64,000 bases of DNA from Octopus sinensis (lineage: Eukaryota), in contig NC_043002.1 in assembly GCF_006345805.1 (NCBI RefSeq), positions 8,432,001-8,496,000 on the forward strand. Reading direction: 5' to 3'. Below are positions 1 to 11,207 of the stretch, piece by piece. The translations under genes and the position numbers were made by a program. The notes beneath the pieces were generated by a model. It was not told where the DNA came from and made no database searches. It saw nothing but the letters and a program-made list of their open reading frames with translations. Position 1 is the stretch's first letter; every line of letters starts with the position of its first letter.

Positions 1-518
1 TAGGGTAAAATATATGAAGCCCAGTATACCCACCATGACTACCCGTCTGATAAGAGTACACTAGGCACATGCATCACAACCATGTGTGCGTGACATGGTG
101 ATCTCATATCAAGATAAACAGCACATGACCTTGCAGGTGGGGCCCTGTTAGAATTTTCTTCAGGTCGAGTAGCCCATCCTGCTCAAAAGGTCCCTGAATA
201 AGGGTTGTTTAAGGATGTTGAACAAAACACCCATGTTTCCAGAGGTGAATTATTCAAACCCCAAAGAATCCCTCTCAACACATGGCTATGATGCTCCCCA
301 CTACTTCTGCTCGTGATCAGAGATGCACATATTGTCAGCCACTAAGGGACATGCTCAACTGGTTAAAGTCAAACAACTGACAAGCAAATCTGTGGTATTG
401 AGCAGAATATTTGCTGTAGTCCATCTTTTATAGCAAGAAAAAACAATGTACATGATAACACTTCCAATCTGTTAAGATCAGAAGCCATGAGAGCCACTGT
501 CTGGTACTGCATCAGGGC

Positions 519-520
<2 letters not shown>
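1..520 (-). mobile_element. Non-coding interspersed element abutting (TAA)n, cut by window edge
   Basis: 1-290 is the reverse complement of 24377-24660; followed by (TTA)n at ~521-549. Confidence 0.6.
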
Positions 521-551
<31 letters not shown>

Positions 552-689
552 AATATGAATTAGAAGCAGCTCAAGGCATATAAACAAAATTGAACACACA
601 TACACATCATGTGTATGTTGAATACAATAACACAAGGTGTATACATACAAACTAACAACACACACACACATCTTGTGTATGTGTGTGCA

Positions 690-1000
690 ATTATTATTAT
701 TATTATTATTTGACTTGATTTGGGTAAAATTTATGTGGGTAGAGGGTTACTATTTGTAACCTGAGATATCCATAAGCTTTACTCAAAACCCTTTTGATCA
801 TTTTTACTCTTCCTAAGAGACAAACTTTCTGTGGAAGCTCAACAGGACATTCCATTCTAATCTCTTTTAACCATCTGTCTATGTTGATATTGACACTAGT
901 TATTACAGGTACAACCTTTACCGTTTTCATATTACAAATTCTCACTATTTCAAATTTTAAGGGACTGTATTTTTGAAAAAAAATTTTGTCTCCTTTCTTT
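690..1000 (-). mobile_element. Decayed 3' end of R4/Dong-like RLE non-LTR retrotransposon
   Basis: Translation ...SKYSPLKFEIVRICNMKTVKVVPVI...QKVCLLG..KMIKRVL resembles the C-terminus of the 11.2-12.0 kb element; (TAA)n tail at 690-708. Confidence 0.6.
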
Positions 1001-1104
1001 ACAGTCCTGGATTAAAATAGACATGATGGACCAAGTAGGAAGCAACTTTGCTTTTCTTTGTCCATTATTGTTATATCTGGTTTATTATTTTCTCTCTTCC
1101 TATC

Positions 1105-1606
1105 GGAATTACAACCGTGTTTCTTGGTCTGCTACCACAACAGCTCCTTTATAGGATCCAGTTAGCTCAAGACATCATCAGGAGGAACCACATCCGGTTT
1201 CGGCGCCTACACCTCTACCGTTTTGACGTGCCCTCCCCCCACTTTCGGAGGTGCCTTCAGCTCTGGTGTGACTGACAGGTGACGGTCATTTAGAGAATGC
1301 GCGGGCTAATACTACGGGCTTTCACTAGATAATAATGATAATAACAAGGGAAAAATTTGACAAGTCAGTCAGTCACTAACTGATGATACATCGAAGAGGC
1401 CAGGGAACAGAAGAAAGAAGATATGCACCCAACACCAGAGCTGAAGACACATCTGAAAGTGGCGGGGGGGGGGTCCCCGCCACGTTAAAACGGTAGAGGA
1501 ATAGGGGCCGAAACTGGACGTGGTTCCTCCTGATGATGTCTTGAGCTAACTAGATCCTATAAAGGAGCTGTTGTGGTAGCAGACCACGAAACACGGTTGA
1601 AATTCC
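1105..1606 (+). mobile_element. Penelope-like pseudo-LTR insertion with head-to-head inverted partial copy
   Basis: 1105-1268 is the reverse complement of ~1432-1606; flanked by direct repeat TCTCTTCCTATC (1093-1104, 1612-1623); homologous to 40333-40734; several CTGANGA/GAAA motifs. Confidence 0.6.
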
Positions 1607-2162
1607 TTCCTTCTCTTCCTATCAGCTTGAATTGGAAAATCAAAACCATCAGTGTCCCCATTATGATTTCATAGCCAAATCCATCCCTGGACTAAAATTA
1701 CATTCATGCATCCATTGCAAATAGATACAGCTTCTTTTATTTTTAACCCTCTTTTTTATTTCAAAATAATAATGAAGGAGAATAAGTTAAGAACAATTTC
1801 ATGAAGTTTGGACAGGTGGAATACTTAGTTACCAGAGCAAACATCCCAACCTTGTGACAAATCTGTCTCTGCCAAACTCTCAACTTTGGACCAGTTTGAA
1901 ATATTTTCAAGAGAAAGTTTACGATTCTGGTCGTGGATAAAGAAGACTGTGGGAACAAATTTAGCAATTTTTGGCAAAAAATATACCCTTTTGCCAAGTT
2001 ATAGCAAAAGTTTAGTGAAATATTTAAAATGTTTACAGTTGGATAAATAGACAAATAATTTGACAAAAAATGTAAATTCTTAATTATTTTCTGAGATTTT
2101 ACAAAAACAAGAAAAATATTATTAAAAAATATTTTTTAATTAATATTAGAATATATAGTACC

Positions 2163-2395
2163 TATTTCTTTACTCCCCACAAGGGGCTAAACACAGAGAG
2201 GACAAACAAGGACAGACAAACGGATTAAGTCAATTATATCAACCGCAGTGCGTAACTGGTACTTATTTAATTGACCCCGAAAGGATGAAAGGCAAAGTTG
2301 ACCTCGGTGGAATTTGAACTCAGAACGTAGCGGCAGACGAAATACTGCTAAGCATTTCACCCGGCGTGCTAACAATTCTGCCAGCTCGCTGCCTT
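2163..2395 (-). mobile_element. SINE family B monomer
   Basis: Head AAGGCNGCGAGCTGGCAGAA, B-box-like GAGTTCAAATTCC, core GCCTTTCATCCTTTCGGGGTC; ~17-bp TSD TTAGAATATRTAGTACC (2146-2162, 2399-2415). Confidence 0.85.
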
Positions 2396-2655
2396 CTTTT
2401 AGAATATGTAGTACCATGTATCTGTACTTGCTAAGTTCCTCTCCAGATAGCGGTTGTCTGCTTTTCTATTCATGAATATATTGTATATACAAACATTGTT
2501 TACATTCATTATAACAGGGTGATGGCTAAATAAAATCTTTTCCTTCAAACACTCATATGTTGAAATCTATGGGAGTGACCATCATTATTATCATTATTAT
2601 TATTATTACTGATATTACATTATTATTATTACTGATATTATTACTGATAATGTGT

Positions 2656-2990
2656 GAAGGCGCATGGTTCAGTGGTTAGAGCGTCGAACTTATGATCGTG
2701 AGGTTGTGAGCTCAAATCCTGGACCAGGCTGCGTGTTGTGTTCTTGAGCAAGACACTATATTTCATGTTGCTCCAGTTCACTCAGCTGTAGAAATGAGTT
2801 GCGACGTCTCAGGTGCCAAGCTGTATCTGCGGTTGCCTTTACCTTGGATAACGCTTCTGGCATAGAGAGGGGAGGCTGATATGCATGGGCGACTGCTGGT
2901 CTTCCATAAAAAACAACCTTGCTTGGACTTATGCCTGGGAGGGTACTTTCTAGGTGCAATCCCATGGTCTGTGTCTGACCGAAGGGGTCT
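2656..2990 (+). mobile_element. tRNA-derived SINE family E (CORE-like centre)
   Basis: A-box TGGTTCAGTGG, B-box-like region, TGTGTTCTTGAGCAAGACACT; 3' half repeated inverted at 48172-48360. Confidence 0.75.
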
Positions 2991-3073
2991 CAGATTACTG
3001 ATATTATTTCACATTAAGATTTCATAGAATTCAAAAGAAAAAAAAAAGGAAAGGATTGAAAATTTCAACTCAC

Positions 3074-3271
3074 TTTGTCCAGAGTACGGTAAATTTTCCT
3101 TGTACCCTCCACCTTTTCTCTTGTTGCTTCTAAATCCTTAATGAATTGTTTCAAGTGAACTTTTAGACCTTTTACAAGGTCCCTATAGCCGGTTGCAGAG
3201 TCAGTGGAAATCCCAGACTGTGCGAGCATACACGCCTCTTCCACCAAGTCATTCCCCTTGTCGATGTATGT
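3074..3271 (-). CDS. PLEKHG4: Exon E, spectrin repeat helix B/C
   Basis: Acceptor TTATTTCAG, donor AAA|GTGAGT; 198 nt, phase 0-0; TYIDKGNDLVEEACMLAQSG...LEATREKVEGTRKIYRTLDK continues the repeat begun in exon D across a ~38 kb intron. Confidence 0.82.
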
Positions 3272-3372
3272 CTGAAATAAGAATAAAGCGAAAGAAGTTT
3301 TAATGATTAATAAGGTTAACAAAAACAAAATTATTATTAATAAAAGCAAGAATGATTTTTATAAATAAATAA

Positions 3373-3472
3373 ATGATGATGATGATGGTGTTGATAATGA
3401 TGACGACGATGATGATGGTGGTGGTATTGGTGGTGGTGATGATGATGATGGTGGTGATAATGATGGTGGTGG

Positions 3473-3503
<31 letters not shown>

Positions 3504-3562
3504 GGTGATGATGATGATGATGGTGGTGATGATGATGATGATGATGATGATGACGATGATGA
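3373..3562. repeat. (ATG/GTG)n trinucleotide microsatellite
   Basis: Directly visible. Confidence 0.95.
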
Positions 3563-3840
3563 GTTAATTTAATGATTTATTATCATCAGTCTTCCAAATA
3601 AAAGAAAAAAAAAGAACAAATAAACAGAAGTGATTTAGGTATTTTTATTGGCATGTTTTTATTGGCACGAGGGTAGAAGAGATCAAGAACAAGAACAATA
3701 ATAAAAGTAATAATAATAACAATGAAGGGGAATAAGTTAAGAACAATTACATGAAGTTTGGACAGGTGGAATACTTAGGTTTCCAGAGCAAACATCCCAA
3801 CTCTGTGACACTCTGTAGAACTTAGAATATGTAGAGATTG

Positions 3841-3888
<48 letters not shown>

Positions 3889-4011
3889 TGAACATAATCT
3901 TCCCACTTTATAAAAGATGTCAGTTCCTCTTGTGATTTAGCTAACTTTCCTTCTGTCCCCCCCTCTTTCATGTGCATGCAGACCTACCAATCTATCCACA
4001 TATATACATAT

Positions 4012-4173
4012 AGGCGCAGGAGTGGCTGTGTGGTAAGTAGCTTGCTAACCAACCACATGGTTCCGGGTTCAGTCCCACTGCGTGGCATCTTGGGCAAGTG
4101 TCTTCTGCTATAGCCCCGGGCCGACCAATGCTTTGTGAGTGGATTTGGTAGACAGAAACTGAAAGAAGCCTGT

Positions 4174-4251
<78 letters not shown>

Positions 4252-4455
4252 TTGTGTGTCTGTGTTTGTCCCCCTAGCATTGCTTGACAAACGATGCTGG
4301 TGTGTTTACGTCCCCGTCACTTAGCGGTTCGGCAAAAGAGACCGATAGAATAAGCACTGGGCTTACAAAGACTAAGTCCCGGGGTCGATTTGCTCGACTA
4401 AAGGCGGTGCTCCAGCATGGCCGCAGTCAAATGACTGAAACAAGTAAAAGAGAGT
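4012..4455 (+). mobile_element. SINE family C with internal (TA)n(TG)n tract
   Basis: Head GGAGTGGCTGTGTGGTAAG..GGTTCAGTCCC, GAGTAAAA-type tail. Other copies: ~6585-6935(+), 16600-16830(-), 23085-23245(+), 23473-23881(-), 26153-26548(+), 28095-28580(-), 28628-28998(-), 38712-39103(+), 39508-39876(-), 43491-43900(+), 54265-54500(-), 59975-60362(-). Confidence 0.85.
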
Positions 4456-4734
4456 ATATGTTTTGAATACATGTGTGTGTGTATGTGGGGCGGTGTACAT
4501 GGGAGCATGTGTGTTTGTTAGTGTGCTGGACTAAATTCCTTGTGGTGTTTCTTCTGGTTCCTGAAATTCAAAGTTCAAATCTTGTTTGAGATCAACTTTC
4601 CCATCCATGCTCTCAGATGAATAAAATAATGCAACAGTCCACGGCAGTGGATCAGTGGAATTGTTAGAGCATTGGTATTTGTGGTATTTGCTCCAGTTTC
4701 TAGTGTTACAAGTTTGTTTGTATATATATATATA

Positions 4735-5369
4735 CTAGCATTATGACCCGTCTTTGCCGGGTCATAGTGCTAGTGCATGTATATATGTGTATATATATGT
4801 GTACATATTACATGTACATCTATATATATATATATACATCTACACATAAAATACAAAGTTATATCTTGATATCACTAGTGATAACAATACTGAAAATATA
4901 TAACTGACTGGAATTGTAGGACTATTCCATTTCTGCACGCTAATTTTATTTTTAATTTATTCCCATTCATGTGAAACCACTTATTCAAGTTCAAATCCTT
5001 GATGCAATTTTATACCAATTGCTATTTTTACTTTTGTTATGTTATGATTATATCATACTTTAGTTTGATTTTAATTATTACTTACTACATATAATTCAAT
5101 TGTTATTATTATTTTTATTGTTAAAGTGAAAGTATCTGACATAAAATAGAGAAATGTTTTTGTTTCACTTTTAACACTTAGTGGAGAAGACATGATATTG
5201 CTATGGGCTTGCCCTAGGCAAGAAGTTGAACATTGTTTTTTGCCGATGACACTCACCGGACCCTAAGTAAGGCATGTGTAAAATTTGAATGAAATTGGTT
5301 GTGTAGTTCTCAAGTTTTAGGGAAACACACAGACAGACAGACACATTCTCAGTTTTATATATATAAAGA
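4735..5369 (-). mobile_element. Non-autonomous Helitron-like element
   Basis: Minus-strand 5' TC+TTTATATATATAAA, (GTCT)n tract, 3' hairpin ending CTAG, A|T insertion site. Confidence 0.7.
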
Positions 5370-6261
5370 TAGATAGATATAGATACACACACACACACAC
5401 ACACATACACAATGATATTGAACTGTCTACAGCCTCTAATAGTTTTGTTATAGTTGCTATAGCGGTTATTCAGTCCAATGTCAAATCTTCAAGTCTGAGA
5501 GATCAAGGTCAGTGTAAACCTACTAGAAATAGCAATCAAGCGCTTAAAAATAGTTATGTGTATATGTTAGATAAAAGGACCGTCACATTGGAAGACCTGC
5601 TTCTTGGCGCTATTTGAGAGAGAGAGAGAAAGAGAGACACAGATAGAGAGACAGAGAGAGAGAGAGAGGGATTTATTTCTTAATATCAAATATACTTTGC
5701 ATAAATATTTCACAAATATTTCAAATAATTAAAAAAATAAAGGTTAGTTGGGTGTATGCATAATGAAGCACAAATAATACACACATACACACACACATAA
5801 TATTATATACATAAATATATGTGTACGTATCTGGGTGCGTGTGTATCTACATGAATATAGGCGTATGTTATATAACAGGAGTTAGGGAAGGGAGGCAAAA
5901 TAAAAACAACAAAGGGGAGAAGGAAGGGCAATTAAGACACAGACAGATAGATAGATAGAAAGATAGATAGATAGACTGATATATATATTGAGCACTAAAG
6001 TTAAAATAGGTGGGGTGAAATACTGATCTTATATAAATATTGATGTAAAGCAGTTGCACAGGATCAGAACTAATATATTGTAAATACACAAAATAGAAAT
6101 GAATTTTCCATATTTTACTGTTTCTTCAGAACACACTCACACAATGGAGGTTGAATTGGCAGAGCTTTGCAGAATTTATTCCAGTTCTTTGCACTCAGAC
6201 CTTAATTCTGCTGGAATAAACTTTGTCTTTCAGCCCCTGGGGTCAAGGCATGGCTATATGA

Positions 6262-6577
6262 ATCGTTAGCACGTCGGACGAAATGCGAAGCTGTATTTCA
6301 TCTGCCGTTATGTTCTGAGTTCAAATTCCGCCGAGGTCGATGTAATCGACTTTATCCCTTTGTCTGTCTTTGTTTGTCCCCTCTATGTTTAGCCCATTGT
6401 GGGTAGTAAAGAAATAGGTATCTCGTCTGCCGTAACGTTCTGAGTTCAAATTCCGCTGAGGTCGACTTTGCCTTTCATCCTTTCGGAGTCGATAAATAAA
6501 AAGTACCAAACTTAATCCGTTTGTCTGTCTTTGTTTGTCCCCTCTGTGTTTAGCCCCTTGTGGGCAATAAAGAAATA
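6262..6577 (+). mobile_element. SINE family B dimer with internal deletions
   Basis: Two units joined at AAAGAAATA|GGTATCTCGTCTG. Confidence 0.8.
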
Positions 6578-6979
6578 TATATGATAAGAAGCTTGCTTCC
6601 CAACCACATGGTCCCAGGTTCAGTCCCACTGTGTGGCATATTCGACAAGTGTCTTCTACTTTAGCCTCAGGCCAACCAAAGCCATGTGGGTGGATTTGGC
6701 AGACAGAAACTGAAAGAAACCTGTTATATGTGTGTGTGTGTGTTTGTCCCCTATCACTGCTTGATGACTGGTGTTAGTGTATTTACACACACGTTACTTA
6801 GTGGTTTGGTAAGGGAAACTGATACAAGATTTAAAAAAAGTAAGTACTGGAGTCAATTCATTGAAGTAAAAGCTTCTTCAAGATGGTGCCCCAGTATGGC
6901 CACAGCATAATGATTGAAATGAGTAAAAGATAAAACATACTAGTACAGAGTGATGGCTGGACAGAATTGCTAGTGTTGG

Positions 6980-7340
6980 ACTGGTCTACCTTACATTATT
7001 CATTCTGAACGCCTTACTTCCCTGGACATGGACACATTGAAACTCCGACGCCTGGCAGCTGACTTGGCAGACACCCAAAGAATTATTAACCATCTTACAA
7101 ACAATAACTCTGAGCACCTTTTCAAACTCCACCTGTCTAACACCCGTGGACATGTTTACAGAGTCAGAAAACAGCACAGCTCCCATGACTTTCGGAAACA
7201 TTTTTTTCACGCTGAGAGTTGCTGAGGCATGGAACAAACTGCCAGCTTCAGTTGTTAGTTGTTGGAGCACTGCATCCTTCAAAACTTCCATGCTTCCTGA
7301 GATTCGCCAACACTACACCTGATTTTCTACCCTCCATACA
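6980..7340 (+). mobile_element. CR1-clade LINE ORF2 3' end
   Basis: LKLRRLAADL...NTRGHVYRVRKQ...RKHFF(fs)LRVAEAWNKLPASVV..STASFK, typical CR1 C-terminal motifs. Confidence 0.8.
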
Positions 7341-7344
7341 TTTA

Positions 7345-7596
7345 TGGTGGAAACATTTATGGTGCATTTTAGGAAAACAAGTAAGTAGTTGAAATCCTGC
7401 ACCATCATCACTACAAGAACTGGAGACTCTTTTAGCTGAAGAATGGACAAAAATTCCTTTGGAAACAATTCAAACTTTGTATGAGTCCATACCTCATAGA
7501 ATTCAAGCTATAATTACTGCCAAAGCAGTCCTACTCCACATTAAAATAAATTTGTTTGAAATTTTAAGGGGTTTCCATTATTTTTTCTAACTCCTG
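7345..7596 (+). mobile_element. Tc1-like transposase 3' relic with right terminus
   Basis: PSSLQELETLLAEEWTKIPLETIQTLYESIPHRIQAIITAK; ends ...CTG followed by TA. Confidence 0.7.
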
Positions 7597-7613
7597 TACA
7601 TATATATACTTAT

Positions 7614-7655
<42 letters not shown>

Positions 7656-7701
7656 ATACACACACACACATATATATGTACACACACACGCACATATATA
7701 A

Positions 7702-7738
<37 letters not shown>

Positions 7739-7915
7739 AAAAAATTAGCACATGTATAGCTGTGTGGTTATGAATTTTACTTCACGAGCATGTAACTTCA
7801 TGTTCAGTTCCACTTTGCAGTATCTTGGTGTCTATCTTCTACTATAACTCATGGGCTGACTAATGTTTTGTAAGTAAATTTGGTAGATGCAGTAAGTCCA
7901 TTATACACACACACA

Positions 7916-7962
<47 letters not shown>

Positions 7963-9029
7963 ATGCAAATGTACATGAATGTTAATACTTAGTTTGTTAC
8001 TATTTGAGCAAAAAACAGTGGTGATATTTGCATTCCTAGTTAACATGACAACTAGATTCTCTGAGCCTTTGAAGACCTGTGGAATATAAAAATCCCTCCA
8101 CTGAAAACAAGTTGGGGTTTGGTGATAGGAAGAATATCTGACCATGAAAGCTGCCTCACAATCAGCTCCCATCCAAGTTATGCAAGTATGGAAAAATTGC
8201 TTGTCAAGTATATCCATGGCAACATGGATAAACAACAATACACTGGTGTTGCCATGGCAACAAACAGATTTGACTTCCATTTGGTATGACACTAGACTTA
8301 TTCCACTGGTTAAAAATATGTAATTTTAAATGCTTCTAAATTTTTTTAATTCATTTTTCAAAGGAAAAAGAAAATGAATGCAATTTTCATCATCAGTGTG
8401 GAAAATTTGTAAACAATTCATTGAGAACTGAGAAATCTGCAAATGGTTGGAAGAAAACAAAGCCCAATCAAAATTGTACCTCATAAACTTAGACTGCCAT
8501 CACTCTTTTTACATCCCAGTGCATTCTTCAACTTGTCCTCCCTTCATCTGTCTATTTGTTACTACTACTATAAGCATCATCATCATCATTTAACATCTGT
8601 TTTCCACGCTAGCATAGGTTGGATGGTTCAACCAGGGTCTGGAAACCATGGAGGCTGCACCAGGCTCTAGTCTGATTTGGCAGTGTCTCTACAGCTGGAT
8701 GCCCTTCCTAACACCAACCACTCCAAGAGTGTAGTGGGTGCTTTTTACGTGCCACTGGCACGGGAGCTAATCCAATGGCACTAGCATTGGCCACACTCAA
8801 TTGAGTAGAAGAAAATTAAGCAAATGCTATGTACACAAAAGAATAAGACACTTGATAACAACTGGAAATCAAACTGATCAAAATGAAGCGTAGATGTAAA
8901 AATAAAAAATATTTCCTCTCCAAAAATTTTGGGAAAATAAAAATCTTTTAAACAGTAATTCGTCTCAGATATTTGGATATTTCATAACAAAAATATTAAA
9001 GCTATATAAATTGTACATTTACACAAGAC

Positions 9030-9340
9030 ATGGCATGTAAGAGACACCATTCGAGCAGGATCGTTACCAGCATCGCCTTACTGGCACCAGTGCCGGTGGC
9101 GTGTGTAAAAGATTCGAGCATGGTCGTTGCCAGAACCACCTGACTGGCGCCGAGCCGGTGGCACGTAAAAGCGCCCACTATGCTCTCGGCGTGGTTGGCA
9201 TTAGGAAGGGCATCCAGCTGTAGAAACACTGCCAGATCAAGATTGAAGCTTGGTGCAGCCATCTGGTTCGCCAGCCCTCAGTCATTTGTCCAACCCATGC
9301 CAGCATGGAAAGCGGACGTTAAACGATGATGATGATGATG
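9030..9340 (+). mobile_element. Family A: 5'-truncated (GAT)n-tailed retroposon (probable RTE-clade LINE 3' UTR or derived SINE)
   Basis: Common 3' end AGGAAGGGCATCCAGCTGTAGAAAC...CCATGCYAGCATGGAAAGCGGACGTTAAAC(GAT)n with variable 5' truncation. Plus copies: 16378-16480, 22590-23033, 26755-27120, 53805-54078, 58843-59322, 60880-61262, 63665-64000. Minus copies: 8575-8790, 9715-10050, 20385-20712, 24697-24918, 38445-38647, 41672-42003, 43012-43378, 45733-46083, 51950-52362, 56101-56420, 57869-58195, 62671-63322. Confidence 0.85.
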
Positions 9341-10051
9341 AATAATTAAACTTGGTTGTTTTTTTCTTTATTCTTGTAAGATGACTGTGGATTAACCACC
9401 ATAAAGTTTATCTAGTTTGACTACAGTTGACTAAAACTAGTAAATAAATACCTTTGTGCTGCAAATCTATAGATAAAATTAGGGTGATGAGATTGACTTT
9501 TCAAAGCAGCAGATAAATATAGACCAAGATATATATAGTAATTAATATACTTCAAAATGTCTTTTCACAAGTACATGAAAGTTTATTTATATATGAATAA
9601 AGTGTTTGCAGAAGTATGGTAATATCTATAAATGGATGCGAGTATAAATTAAGTCAGTGGTTGGAATAGAGATGTGTACGACTGAAAGAAAATCGCTATC
9701 CATCTTACATATATATCATCATCATCATCATCATCGTTTAACGTCCATTTTCCATGCTAGCATGGGTTGGATGGTTCGACTGGGGTCTGGGAAGCCAGGA
9801 GGCTACACCAGGCTCCAGTCTGATCTGGCAATGTTTCTACAGCTGGATACCCATCCTAACGCCAACCACTCCGAGAGTGTAGTGGGGGCTTTTTATGTGA
9901 CACCTGCATGGAGGCCAGTCAAGGTGATGCTGGCAACGGCCACGTTCGGATGGTTCTCTTACGTGCCACTGGCACTGGTATCACAACTACAATTTCCATT
10001 GATTTTTGATCGATTTCGATTTCCCTTGCCTCAATAGGTCTTCGCATCCAA

Positions 10052-10107
<56 letters not shown>

Positions 10108-11207
10108 GAAAATGTGGGAAAAAGTGGTAATGACTGAGAGAAGAATGTTGAGCGTCACAGAAAAAAAGACAAAGAGTCATGATGAACAGAGAGAAATAAT
10201 ATAGAACAGTATACATGATGATGATGATGATGAGAATGATGAGGATGATGATGATGATGCCAAATTTATTGCAATTTGCCTCAAATGAAAGGGTTTATCA
10301 TAACACTCTAAGTGTTCAATTAAACATCTATCTTTGATTATGTATTATTTTACTTGCTATTTGAAATTATTATGAATATTCACTATGGAACTTCATTTCA
10401 ATAAATTCATTTGTTTGTTCAATTATTTTGCTGTTGTTGTTAATATTTGTTTTTTACATTTCTGTTGCCTGTAATCTTTGCACAATCAAAAATTATGTGA
10501 ATGCCTTACAATACTTCATTGTTGGGGCTTTACATTGAAAAAATTGATAAAGTGCTTGCAAGCCCCAATGGATTTTCAATTTGTATTAATTCTTTGAGAA
10601 CAGGAATTTTATTTTCTCCAAGTGAAATGTAATCATGCAGAACTCTGATTAAGGAGTTCTAGTTGTGACCATCCTGGTTTTTCTTTCTTTTTTTTTTTCA
10701 CACTTGACATATCTAAAATTACACCAGTTAGTGTATACATCCTTGTTCCTGTTTAACCCTAGGGCAACCCAAATCAAGCAGAATTATAATTAACTTCATT
10801 CTAACCATGGTCATCTCATAATTTTTTTTTTTTTTCAGATATGGTGCATTCAGTACTACAATATCCAAAGTGCCACTTTTTTTTTTATAGTGTTGGAGTT
10901 TGGTTTGAGGGAGATTTAATTACTATTTGGTTGCTGCCATGAAGAATCACAGAAGTCACAGAATAATGGTTTCCATTGCAAATCCTGTCAGAAATGTTCT
11001 GTGAACTGAGTTCTAACATTTCCAAAATTTCAATTGTTTTTCTAGACTTACAAACAACAACCATGGATTTCTAATAATTTTGTTAATTTGAAGGTTTAAG
11101 AAATACTGCAAATATTTGACACAGACATAAAATAATAATAATAATAATAATAATGATGATGATGATGATGATGATGATAACGATAATGATAATAATAACA
11201 ATAATAA

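Noticed and set aside
3373-3567. Poly-Met/Val ORF
   Set aside because: Trinucleotide microsatellite
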